A stretch of DNA of 63,795 nt, filler included, from Licmophora abbreviata (Eukaryota), in the NCBI GenBank assembly GCA_900291995.1. It is 15 parts of 15 records of this genome, joined end to end, with 100 filler letters (N's around TTAATTAATTAA, not from the genome) between each part and the next. Parts side by side here need not be neighbours in the genome. Positions count along the whole stretch, not along the records: positions 43,083 to 48,031 come from OLMU01000843.1; positions 48,132 to 56,663 come from OLMU01000844.1; positions 56,764 to 60,476 come from OLMU01000846.1; 12 more parts are not named here. One strand, written 5' to 3'. Shown in pieces: positions 45,104 to 57,065 of the stretch (the first letter of the stretch is position 1; each line of letters opens with the position of its first letter). Below the pieces are notes generated by a model, which did not search any database, had not been told where the DNA came from, and saw nothing but the letters and a program-made list of their open reading frames with translations. The translations under genes were made by a program, and so were the position numbers.

Positions 45104-45497
45104 TGTCTCAGTGCCATCAATGTGGCACAATATCCAAGGTAATACATAGTACGGTAGTAGCGCAGATTGGTCTATAAGAGGTTGGTGTGCTAGCTATTAG
45201 GTCTTACTATTACAGTAGCCACCGTATACCGTAGGCATTCGCGCTTGAGTTGAACATGCCGGTATTGTGTTGGGACGAGCCAATTGTCTTCTGGAAACGG
45301 GCGAAGGGCGGACCCTTTCGAATTGAGAATGATTGGCTTCGCGCGCCGTCGCGCACGATCCCATTTTGCCTTCATCAGCCCTCTGTTTTTCGGATTTGGC
45401 GGATCAACCCATGGGATTTCGTTCCGGTCATCACTGTACGCGTTGAATTGTTTATATTTTTTATTTTGACTGGATCGATCCTTGCTAGACAGCTGTA

Positions 45498-48031
45498 ATG
45501 TGGCGCCATGTTATTCAACATCCAAGGCGGCTGCATCACTTCTCGTCCATCCGCCGACAAGCTGCGTCTTCGCCAATTTCTGCCTCGCTCTGCTCACCCC
45601 ATCCTGATGCCAGCGGCAGCAATTCCTTGTCGACGATTGCACAGTTTAGCAACTCTGTACCGGACCCATCCACGGATATGGCGTCTGCATCGTCAGCAGC
45701 TGTGTCGTTGGCATGTTCTTCCTCTCCGTCGCCCCAGCTGTACGAGTTAAACCCCACCATTGGTCGTGTCGTGGCACGCAATTTTCTCCACGCACTTCAC
45801 GTGGTGACGGACAAGGACGATTACGCGACGGAATACACTGGCCCGTGGGCACAGACGATGGACAAAGGAGCAGATACAGGGCTCGTGAAAGAAATTGTGC
45901 TGCAGAAACAGGAGGATCTCGCTACACCGCATGTGGTAGTCTGCGAGCGGCCGCTTGGTGTTTCAAGCGAACCGCTACAGTCAGAGGAAAGTCTGCACCA
46001 TTCTCAGGAGAAGGTTGCTGAAGGGGGAGTCAATGTGTTAACGATGAAAGGAGCCATGGATATAGAAGAAACTGAGAATGCATCCTCCGGCACGACCTCG
46101 CAGCCTGAGAGAGCAACGCGGCCGCTGCAAGATATGGAGGGGCGAGCGAGTGTTGTAGGAACAACGGCCAAAAAAGACCATGCCGCCACAGCGAAGACGA
46201 GGGAGCCCCCAGTGAACGTTTTCAGAAAAGGGCACGTAGCTTTAGCAGCGCACACCATCGCCTCAAAAGATCAGAAGGGGCGATCTCAGACAACTCTGGA
46301 ACTCAGGATGACTCGCGCCATGCGAGACTCCAGCCATTTTCTTCTCACAGATCTATTTTACATGTCGAAAAAGGAAAATACCAAAATTGACTTGGAAATT
46401 CTACGGGACGTCTTCTTCGTGTTGCTTCCTGTGAACCCATTGAACGCCAACGACGTGCTGCGACGATATCGTCAGCTACTTCCTGATACAGACAACGATG
46501 AAGCTACACTACTCGAGATGTATCGTGCCTTGAGTGGCGCACTTGGATACACCGATCTCAGGCGGAACAAGTTTGATCGGCTCGTTCATGTTCTTGATAG
46601 TGTCAAGCGTGATCTTAATCGCCTTGGCACCAGCTACCAGCGTAGCTGTTATCCCAAATTGCTGGTGAGTGTGGCGCGACACAATGCTGCTTCTCTTCGC
46701 CGTGAAGCGACGAACCTATACCGATACATGATGCACAACAAGTATGATCTAGAACCGGAAATTCTGGAAGAAGTTATCGCCACAATCGACTTTACTGGTC
46801 GGCAACACTTGCCCTTTGCCGATTTCTTGTCGAAGCTGGTCAAGAAAGGTACGTGAGACGGGAACGTTATCTACGGAGGGCACAATGCTGTCATCGCTCA
46901 CCCTGTCGCACTCATCACCCCCAGGTTGCCGACCCGCTCCCGATATTGCGATTCCGGTCTTGGTTAACCTTTATCCCTTTGACAACTACGTAGATACTCG
47001 GCAGGCACTACAAGCTATCGTCGACTTGCAAGCGTCGCTTGATGCCAAAGATAGAGCGGGGGACTACGCCGTGGACATTGGCACACTGGAACTTATTGCG
47101 GCTTCCGCAGCGCGGCGCGGAAACTATGAGCTGAATTTGCTCCTATGGGACTTGATGGATATGCTGGGATACGCACCCACGGAGGCAATCTACGAGAGTA
47201 CTATCCAGGGATTTTCTATGACGTATCGACAAGATCATAATGTTCTGTCTGTACTTGGGGAGATGGAATCGAAGGGATTTGTTCCCTCTCGGGCCCTTAT
47301 CACAAGTGTTGCGCGGTCGTTGCGGTAAGTTCGTCTGATGCACCTAGTGCCGGAACTGGACTGTTTGCACTCGTAATCTCGCGGCTCATAACTCGACAAC
47401 TTTGCCAAACCGCCTAGCTTCTCGACCGGGCGAGTAGACAATGCGTATCACTTGCTAACAAATGGAAAGCTCGAAGGGTCCAGAGTTACGGTAGCCTCTT
47501 TGAATATCATGCTTTGTTCATGTGCTGGCATTGCCGACCTTGATCGAGTATTCGCGACGCTGGATGATTTTCAGTCATATGGATTGGAACCCGACGTCGA
47601 TAGTTACTCGTTTGTGCTGGAAGCGCTGACGCGAAGCGTCAATCCAGATACTGAAAAGAATGAGAGAAAACGTCTTGCGGACGCGCTCGCCAAACGAGAT
47701 GCCTTCGAATCGATTATGGGCATTATGGACGAGAAAGGGCTGGAGCTATGTCCTCATTGTATTGAGCAGTATGTAGTATTTCTGCTATTTCTTGGGGAGC
47801 GGGAGGCAGCGGTCGAGTTCCTCGTGGAGCGGTTGGATAATGGTACGATAGCGCGCAACAAGACTATTCTCATTTTGGCTACAGCATGTGGCGATGCAGA
47901 GGATTTCGATATGGCCGTCCATCTTGCATCGAGAGCACGGGAACCCCTGGACTTCTTACAGCGTCGTATCGAAAAGTGGAAACAGGGAAGTGGGCGCGGG
48001 GCAGATCGAGCCATTGACGTGGCAGACCCGG
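45498..48031 (+). CDS. PPR-like helical-repeat protein, probably mitochondrial, 3' end in gap; exons 45498-46848, 46925-47324, 47418->48031
   Basis: Arg/Ser-rich presequence; ~35-aa units LWDLMDMLGYAPTEAIYESTI, EMESKGFVPS, DFQSYGLEPDVDSYSFVL; GT-AG introns keep frame. Confidence 0.75.
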
Positions 48032-48178
48032 NNNNNNNNNNNNNNNNNNNNNNNNNNNNNNNNNNNNNNNNNNNNTTAATTAATTAANNNNNNNNNNNNN
48101 NNNNNNNNNNNNNNNNNNNNNNNNNNNNNNNTAACTTCGCAACTAGGCAACTATTGTACTTCTACTCGTGCCTGCTAA

Positions 48179-51100
48179 TCATGCGAGTGGGAACAACCGA
48201 CTGAGGACCCGTTTCCCAATGCTCTGTCTTCCAGCCCGATTGTAACGCGATTGCCTTGTGCCTGTAGCGAAGTCTACTCTTCGGTAGCTGGCTACTAGCT
48301 CAAGACAACGCCCAAGCTCGATGGCGGTGCCGTGCTGCTTCCCGCGAAGAATTGCCTCGGCCTCCAGACCAGTTCCTTCTCGAAGTTGCCGCAGTCGATC
48401 GGCAGCATATTCAGAATATGACGTTGCCTGTTGCATATGGGCCGCGATCTCTTCAGCATCCCCGGAGGCCGCGTTGTTGTTGTCGGATGGCCGGAATAGA
48501 GAGATAATCCCGTTTCGTATAGAAGCTACGGGGGAATCGCCCGACTTTCCAAAAAGTCCATCGCCAGCCTGCTGGATGCTTTCAGCAGCAATTCGCGTAG
48601 ACTCGTCGACAGTACTCTCTGAAAGCGCAAACTTCGTCAAGGCTCCAAGCCTTTTTTTGCCTCCGCTTCGATCGCGTCAACGACATCCTCTGCCTGAAAT
48701 GGAGACGACGCGTAGATAATCAAGAGTTTCTGCATCTCATTAGCAGATAGTTGGTCCGTCAACTCTAGGCATCGTTTCGCTATGGCGGACAGAAGTCGGT
48801 AGCACGAACTGAGTATCTCTGACTCCACGGGTGGATCCCCCAAGACAAGAGATTCAGTTGCAACCTTCTGACTTCCCACTCTATCTTTTGGCGTGTTTGT
48901 TTCTGCAGATGTTTCCGCAGCCCCCACAACAAAGGAGCTGATCGCAGGATCTTCCGTTCCGATCGCATTCACAAGCTTGCTAGCAGAATAGTTCAGTTCG
49001 CATAAGTCTGCACCGCGTTGAAGCCACAAAACGCGAGTCTCGGCTGTTTTCAGTACAGAGCGGACAAACGATGGCTTGCTTGCAAGCATATTCATGGATA
49101 CGGCGCCGTGAAGCAATCTCGATACCGATTCTGCAGACAGAGCGGCAAGCTCTTCAGACGAGAGCAAGTCGCGATCCGAAACCAGCTGAAGCTTTCGGTG
49201 CGCCATTCGCGGAAAATCGTCATGTGAAACGTGCCGGACTCCCAACTCACCGAAACACCATATCAGCATAGCTTTGTCCCATGGTGATGCTCTGGAAAAG
49301 CGACCGGATGCGCCAATGTGATCTTCACTGTCAATATCGAACGCGGCGTTCATTAGCTGCAAGACTCGACGGGTGAAAAGTCGCGTGACATGCTCCCTCC
49401 CGTGACCATGAATTTCATTGGTGCTACACGCATAACATAGTCGAATGATATCACGCGTTGAGCACTGTTTCATTAGTTGGCCATTTTTTGACGCCAGGAG
49501 TCGAATGGCCACTCTAATCAATGTCCACCCTCCCTTCACGTCTCGGTGCACTCGACCCAACTCAGCATACCCAGCCGCAAGCTTACACAAGGAAGATGGA
49601 TCTACTGAAAGGTCCCGCAATAGTGGCAGCGACCTCCTCCCGTTTAACGGGTAAGGCTGAACATCACCGTCGTCAACTTCATACTCGCCAATTCTCTGAT
49701 TAAGAATTGGAAGTGAGAACCGTGACTTCCCAAAGAATGTTGAGTAGCGGACTGAGTCATCTGGCTTCTCGGTATCATGTACTGTGGCGCCCAAAGCCTG
49801 ACTGGTCTCCCAAAGGAGCAACGAAGTCTCGATCACGGCAAGGATGCGCCCTAGTGACTCGGCGACGTCCGGGTCAGAAAGCGATTTAACGCTTTCACAA
49901 AGCTGCAGAAACGACCATGATATCCGCACCTACAGAGAGAAGCTATACGTTAGTTTATACAGGAATCAATGGAAGTACCATATCGGCAGTCGACAGCAGT
50001 CGCACTCACCAAATCTTCAGTGCCAAATACGGCAATGTTTGAACCCGCGGTGCAGAGTGCAACTTCTGCAAGTCGGCTCATCGAGGGAACTCTATTGTCC
50101 TGCCTTTCAAATGGGTCGACGATATTGTCTATCGTAAAGGCAAGGGACCACATCAAACGCCCTAGTTCTGGTGGCTGGAATTCGTTCAGCAATACGTCAA
50201 GACATTCACAAGACATTTCGGGGCCTCGCGTCTCTTCGTTGGTCAGGTCGAGCCTTTCCAGGACAGTTTCGGCGATCCATCTTGTAACGGTAGCAGTTGG
50301 AGAGCCATCGGACTGCTCCCACTCCACAGCTAACTCTCTGGTAGCCGATCGTGAAATCGCCCACGCAAGGTTGGCGAGATCGCCCCCACTCACGTGAGTC
50401 AGACTCTGCCGCCCTGAAATATTAAACATCTGAGACACTAAGTCGACAATGAGAAAGCGCAATGGATCGCGCAGGTCTGTGACAGCCCAAGCGATCGAGC
50501 ACAGGTCGTGAGGTGAGAATGAGAGCTTGTTAGATCTAAGCAGATCTGACGTATTTGGCATCGGGCTTCTGTCGCTTGGGCTCTCGTTCACGCGCAATTC
50601 CTTCAATTCTTCTAGCGCGACATCTCCATGATTCGATTCTTTAGTTTCCATTGATGGGCCAATTGGTACAGGCGTCACAATTAATTCCGTTTCAATTTCT
50701 CCTGCACTGCCCGTGGATTCTGCGGCGAGCAACGTGGCGGCATCGACGACCTGCAACGACGCTATGTCAGAGTCGCATCGTACTCCGTCAGTTGAGACAC
50801 TTTCAATGTCCAACGAAAAAGCTGTATGAGCGGCTTCAGACGCTTTCAGCAATGTTGCAGCGTCAACGACCTCAACGACCATGTCTTCTTGCGCTCTAGT
50901 GGTCGGGACCAAGTCAGTGCCTGCCTCCGACTCTTGGTCTGTGCATTTCGTGCCCTCGGATATATCAACCAAATCATCTGGGCTTTCACTAGAGACTTGG
51001 ATCCGCATCATCTCAAAGTCGCGTCTCAGCCAGCCAACGAGTCGGTCGAAAGCAATTTCTCGAAAGGCGGAAGTTGTTTCTGACAGAGTAAGCTTCTCCT

Positions 51101-52652
51101 TGGACTCGGGCTCAGTGGGACTCCCGTGAAGAGCTAGTGCCCACAGCACATCCGTGACCTCATTAGGCGAAAGCCAGTCGAGCAGAGAGTCTCTGGAAAC
51201 ACCAGCGAAGTCGTCAGGACTCACGTCTGGCGACCTTTCAGAAACAACACCATCTACATTGGCATCTGCAATAGAGTCAGCATCGACTTCCGACCGGGCC
51301 AGCCTCTCGACAACATCGTTGACGGCGAAGCTGGGCCCCTCTAAGCCCTCGCTTTCGGCGCTCGCTTTGTCTCGGAGCTCCGCCGGGTTCTGACAAAGTA
51401 TGGAACAACAGTCTTCAATAAGGAGAACACTCCGGACCCCTGTACAAGCCTTCACGCATGCGAACGACCAAATGGCGGATGCGGCGTCTTGAGCTAGTGA
51501 CTGCGCATCGAGCTCGAGCTTCTCTGCGAGTGACATCGACCCGTCGTCATCGATCTGTCGACGAGGCTCGCCCTGACGCAAGAGCTGCAGGCGTGCAAGT
51601 AGACGCTCTCGGGTTCGCAAAGAGAGGGCGGATAGAATATCCGAGGTGCTTTCGCCGCCAATCGTTTCCAGATCGTAGCCCCCGAGGATCGCGATTCCCC
51701 ATGCGGCACGGCATGCGTCTTGTATTGAGAGTCCAGCATCAAATTTTGCATCCTCTTCGTCCAGAACCTCTTCAATATCCCGTGATTCTTCCTCAGTTCC
51801 ATCCTTTCCATTCTCTTGACGTTGCTGGGCTTCCTCTCTCCTCCTTCGAACGTCTACTCCACATAGAACACATTCTACGAGCTGTTCGAACCGCCGATCC
51901 CTGGCAATGTCGGAGCCTGCCGAAAATGTATCCTTTTCCTTGCCACCTCGCCCAGTGAGCGCAGAGTGCTTCTCGTAGGATTCACAGACACGAGCAGCAC
52001 TGCCAATAATACACGCGGCGACACCCGGATCCATGTCGCTTCGTGAACACTGCACGCGCAACATAAAATCAGGCGAGTGCTTGATAGCCGGAACCTTTGG
52101 AGCAACATAGTGAAGAAATCGAGTAGGGTGTGGTAGCCTTTCGTCGGAGGTGCAGAGGAGAAGATCGTCCATGTAAGCCTGAGCTCGAGACGAAATCATC
52201 TTTCGCAAATCATACGATTCTTCTGTAGGACCCGTCTCTGCCAGTATCTTCGATATCACATCCGACGAATGTCGCGTTTTGTGCCTTCGCTCATTGGTCA
52301 CGGGTACTTCCATGGAAGGAGGCGCCTCTGATTCCTCTGAACCTATTGAACTTTCTTCATGTAAAGTGCTCTTGGGTGATTTTTCATTCCGCTGTGAATC
52401 ATACTGCACTTTCTCGTCGCCGTCGGGCTCTGTTGCTTCCGACCTACCATCCTCCTCGCTGTTGCCACCGCGCACGAGAAGAGATGGGCAAAAGGGTGCG
52501 TGAATACGCATCCCAAGCACACATGCTGGTGACGAAGCTCTGGTGCTGGAAGACTCAGAGGTACGAAGGAATCCTTGTGTAAAGCAAGACAGGATGAAAA
52601 TCACGCCAACGATAGGCCGCAGGGCGAGGCGAACTGGATATGTTGTCCTCAT
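48179..52652 (-). CDS. Large helical-repeat (OPR/FAST-like) protein with signal peptide; exons 52652-50010, 49929-48179 with a frameshift at the A7 run 48652-48658
   Basis: Repeats LSPNEVTDVLWALA, FSPHDLCSIAWAV, VSGGDLANLAWAIS, FQPPELGRLMWSLA, FGTEDL|VRISWSF; intron 50009-49930. Confidence 0.7.
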
Positions 52653-53435
52653 GCCGGCACCATACGACAAGATTGAATCTGTTCGCACGAGTTGTTCGCT
52701 TGGTGCTGTTTTGATGAGAGAGCTATAAACGCATGGGAACTAACGACCTCCGGTATCGACAAATGCTGGCGCTTGTAAGATCTACAGCACGCGTTGCCTT
52801 GACGCAGGCTTCTTGTTGCGCCGATGATGCTTCTTTTGATGCAAAGCCGGCAGAGATGCATCGATGAGACGGATGCGATGATGTTGAAATTGTGAATTTT
52901 GTTCTGAACTTCGAACTTCGGAATGCGATTGAGTGAAATCTGAGCGCGCGGCGGCGCCCGTGCCGCGTGGCACTGCGGATATCGCCTTGCACCGGATGAG
53001 ACAGTGTGAACTGTAGGAACCTTGACGGACGAGGACCTACGCCGGGGAAAGCGACTGTGTCAATATCCCCATTAGTCTATAGTATGGCGTTACGGGAATG
53101 TTCAAGGAGGAGGTCGTCCCAATTTTAGACTAGTAGTGATCGCCTTCCTCCTCTAATAAAACCACAGCAGCAGTACTTGGTACGAGTAGTCTACAAAACT
53201 CGACAGAGCGATGCCGATACAGCATCGTAGTCTGTCATCGGCCTGCCAATGTCGTGGGGCTCTACTAGTATGAAAGTCTCTAGTAAATGACGTTCCAGGT
53301 ACATTTGACTGATGTAGCGGAATACGGGTTAGAAACAGAAGGCTGTCCAATCGCAGCATCGCAAAAAATCGGTTCCATCTCGGACTATACGACGACCGCT
53401 TCTATATTAAGCAACCAAACCCAGTGTTATTCTTG

Positions 53436-54155
53436 TTACACTAGGAACCCAAGCGTATCGCCATTGACCTTGGCCTTCTTGATGAGCTTCGTACGGAGAT
53501 GGTAGGCACCAACCCAAACACAAAAGTCGCCAATGTACTGACTGTGCAACGAAATGGCCTTTCCGCGAATCTTATTGAGCTATTATAGAAAAAAGGTGGG
53601 AAGGCGAGTTTGAGTTGAGCGCGATGACGAGGCGTGTGATCCTTCCATAGACATTCTCAACCCGTCATTGCGTCTTCCATCCGCGTATTGATCACTATCA
53701 AGATATATGCACCAGCACTGAATGGCGCGCTCACCTTTTCGGATCCCAATACAACCTTGGCTCCATAGACGGCGGGAGAAAAAACGCCAAACTTGGCTTG
53801 ATTGCCCATTCGGAGATTGGATACACCGGCGGAGGAAGTTCGACGAGTCAGATCAGTGACTGGAACTTGTTGCATTTGCGAGACAACGAACGAGGAACCT
53901 GTCGAGTGAGAGTGGAGGGACAGGGTACGAACAAGAGGGGTGAGTTTCAAGCAACCAACAGTCTCGTTGCTGATCGACGCTGCGGAAATGGATCGGGTAC
54001 GGGCCTCTTTTGTAGCATGACTCGGTTCGCTGTGGCTCACCTCCTGCGACACCGGAAAGACTCATTCTGGCCGAACTGACTCCAAAGCCGCTGGCAGTGG
54101 ACACCAGCACGGCAAAGATCATCACGAGGGAATAGGACGCGATACTGCACTTCAT
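53436..54155 (-). CDS. PGR5: Proton gradient regulation 5; exons 54155-54041, 53898-53735, 53579-53436
   Basis: Spliced GVFSPAVYGAKVVLGSEK|LNKIRGKAISLHSQYIGDFC...LIKKAKVNGDTLGFLV*; ASG-F presequence; last exon not in the ORF track. Confidence 0.93.
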
Positions 54156-54534
54156 CTTGCTTCTTCTTCAATTGCTGTTGTCGCTGTACTGGGTGGATCT
54201 CGAGCAATGGAATGGAACACAACGGGAACACGGCGCGGTGCCTTCGTCGTCGTATTTTTTATGTATTAGCAACGCGATGACGTGTTGCGTGTGCCAGAGC
54301 GTATCTTTCAGTTTTTGTTTTATGTTGTTTGAATAGCTCGCGTCTATTGTAATAAAACCTAAGCGGTCGAACACGTCAGACCTCGTGAATTCGCGCTCCA
54401 CGCGAGAGTTTTTCAACTTTACCGCGACGCGATGAAAGTTGAAGTGAGAAAGCAAGAACACAGCTGGCATAGTTGTTCTGCCGCAGTTTATGTGGTGCTG
54501 CCGTCGTTGCCGTCCTCTCCTATCTATCCCCAAG

Positions 54535-55140
54535 ATGATTTCCCGAAGAGCTCTAGTAGGAGCTGTCGCAGTATTGGTGTGCTCCTCGTCCTGGCCAGTG
54601 TCGGCCTTTAGCCCTCGTCCGATCGCGATCCTGTCGCGCCAACACAACAGTATCAACACGCACGCCTCCTCGGACATGGCACTGAACTTCAATGTTCCCA
54701 GTTTTCAACCAAAGAACGAAGACGATGGCACTGCTGGCGACAACAAGGACGACAAGAAACTGGGATTGAAAGGTCTGATTCAGCTCGTTGCGGCGGGAGC
54801 CGGGTCTCCGTTTCTTGGCGACTACCAGGGTACCGACCCTGAGACTGGCAAGATGCTCTTCTCCCTTGAAGCCAACAATCTAGTTGATGAGGTATGTTTT
54901 ATTATATGAACGAACATATGTCCTCTGGAACGCTTGTGCAATCGTCTCTCACCTAGTCGCGTGTTCTACTTCGTATCATACGTTTACTCGTTTTATACTG
55001 TACCACAGGATGGAAACAGTAAGCAGACCAAGATGCCCTATTTCGAGAGTGGGTGGGTAGCGGACGAAGACTTGGAAAAGCAACGTCAACGGAAAGCGGG
55101 CCAAGCGGGTGGTGGATTTAAGCTTCCGTGGCAAAAGTAG
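54535..55140 (+). CDS. Small plastid-targeted protein of unknown function; exons 54535-54891, 55009-55140
   Basis: VSA-FSP presequence; in-frame GT-AG intron 54892-55008; ends FKLPWQK. Confidence 0.75.
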
Positions 55141-55388
55141 ACTCAGCATGTATGGGTATACCGGTACAGCGGAGACGATCTTGGGCTACTTGGTTGTCTG
55201 TTCGATACCACATACTCTATCATACTAGCAAGTAGTTTCACATTTGTATTGTGCACTTATTGTTCATGATAACGCTTGGTACAACAGAGCCATATCAACT
55301 TGCATGACTCTCGAAAAATCTCAGATCCCACGGAGGAGCGCCGCTGACACTGAAGTAGAATTCATATGTTGACAGATACCAAAGCGAC

Positions 55389-56396
55389 TTACCCCCATAG
55401 CTCGTCATGATATTTCTTGGTGGTTGTGAAATGGAGAAACGTCGTATCAGGCTTTCCTAGATATCGTAATACTTTTTCCATCAGATGTGCTTCCATCACG
55501 ACGTGCCGTCGTTCATTTTGCAACACACACACTGAAACGTTCCTTGACTCTTTTATTGCCTCCGTCAGCTTGGGCTGATCACGACGGAAAAATGGCGGAG
55601 TTAGGAGCCGCTGTCCCCATTCAAGGAGGAGCGGCAGTGCTGATCGTCTTGCGACAAAGATGCCGCTGTTCCAAGAGCCATTAGTGCGCAAGGAAAATGG
55701 GAGGTTGGCGTACCATGGCTCTCGATACATCGAGATATCGCATTGGGTCGGTGGTCTTAAGTTGACTTGTTGGTCGCGCCAAAAGTCATCCAAGGATGTT
55801 TGCACGACAATATCGGCATCAAGAAAGAGTATCAAACTGGTAGCGTCCGTCATGAGATCAAAGAGCTGCGACTTGTGCCATTTGGACCAAAGTGTCTTCT
55901 TTGTCTCATTCGACAACAGACCAAACTGGTGCATCTCGTTCATGCTTGTCCATCGCTGAATACGGTCGAGTTCATCCACATCGCTTCGCTCGTTGTGCAA
56001 GTCCGTCTCTTGCGACAGCAAAACATCCGGTTCGTGCGAGCGAAGGTCAATCGTAGTGACGCCATTGGCATCGTCGGCCTCTGGGTCGTCTGTCAAGACG
56101 TAAATCGGTCCCTTCCAGCCTCCCACGTTCCTAAGACCGCTGGATAGCATGTTGGAACGAAAGCCGTCCGTCGCCAAGGTGAGTATAGCATCGGGAACGA
56201 TGATTTCTTCCGTAGTGAAAGGCGACGACCACTGAAACGCAGCGAGGAGATACCCTTGGCGCGCCCACAGCACGAGGCCGAGAACCGAGCACGCAACACG
56301 TGTGACACAAATAGGGACGATGCGAGACGTCGTGCAGCAGGCGCGCCGACGTCGTTTCGCAATGGATGCGCGTGAACCAGAAACAATCGACGGCAT
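55389..56396 (-). CDS. Type II membrane nucleotide-diphospho-sugar transferase-like protein
   Basis: Basic N-terminus + TM; GWKGPIYVLTD; K..LF..ILFLDADI (DxD); WNSGIF; RDQ..L; FLHFT. Confidence 0.72.
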   Translation of the reverse strand: MPSIVSGSRASIAKRRRRACCTTSRIVPICVTRVACSVLGLVLWARQGYLLAAFQWSSPFTTEEIIVPDAILTLATDGFRSNMLSSGLRNVGGWKGPIYVLTDDPEADDANGVTTIDLRSHEPDVLLSQETDLHNERSDVDELDRIQRWTSMNEMHQFGLLSNETKKTLWSKWHKSQLFDLMTDATSLILFLDADIVVQTSLDDFWRDQQVNLRPPTQCDISMYREPWYANLPFSLRTNGSWNSGIFVARRSALPLLLEWGQRLLTPPFFRRDQPKLTEAIKESRNVSVCVLQNERRHVVMEAHLMEKVLRYLGKPDTTFLHFTTTKKYHDELWG

Positions 56397-57065
56397 GGTA
56401 GAGAAAAGCAAAAGGGGACCTTGGATGAGAAAACAGCGTGGGAATGAATCATATCGTACAGTGTTGAGTGTGCTGTGCATCTCATCAATGACGAGCGCCG
56501 CCGTTTGGTGCCGCGGTTTTTGTGTTGCGTGCATTGGTATGCTTTTTTTCGATACACTGCGATGAAATTGAGAGTGTCTCAAATTGGATACCTTGAACAT
56601 GATCCGTACACGTATACATTTATATGATATAGTAGTAATAGTTTTGGTTAAAAGAAGTGTCTANNNNNNNNNNNNNNNNNNNNNNNNNNNNNNNNNNNNN
56701 NNNNNNNTTAATTAATTAANNNNNNNNNNNNNNNNNNNNNNNNNNNNNNNNNNNNNNNNNNNNAAAAGAGACAGAGGATCACCGGGCAATCATCAGAATG
56801 GGGGAACTCGCCATCTCGTCGACTAAAAGTCTCTCGTGAGTTTTAGCGGCGGGAGAAAGAAAATTGGTGGACTGGAGACGACGAGCTCGCGAACTCTCTC
56901 CATGTTCAAGGTGTGAGGTACGGACGATGCAGAGGTCGGAACGTGTCGGAGGCACGTGCTTCACGCCATCCGTGTTTCTGGACCATGGGGGTGACGAACG
57001 TGCGGCCCATTCTACCTCTTTCGTGTTCCTAAGTTGATTTCTATTGACCAAATTACATTCCCACC

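Noticed and set aside
52902..52925. GAA/TTC-rich stretch as a heat-shock element
   Set aside because: Spacing does not match the nGAAnnTTCn pentamer phasing
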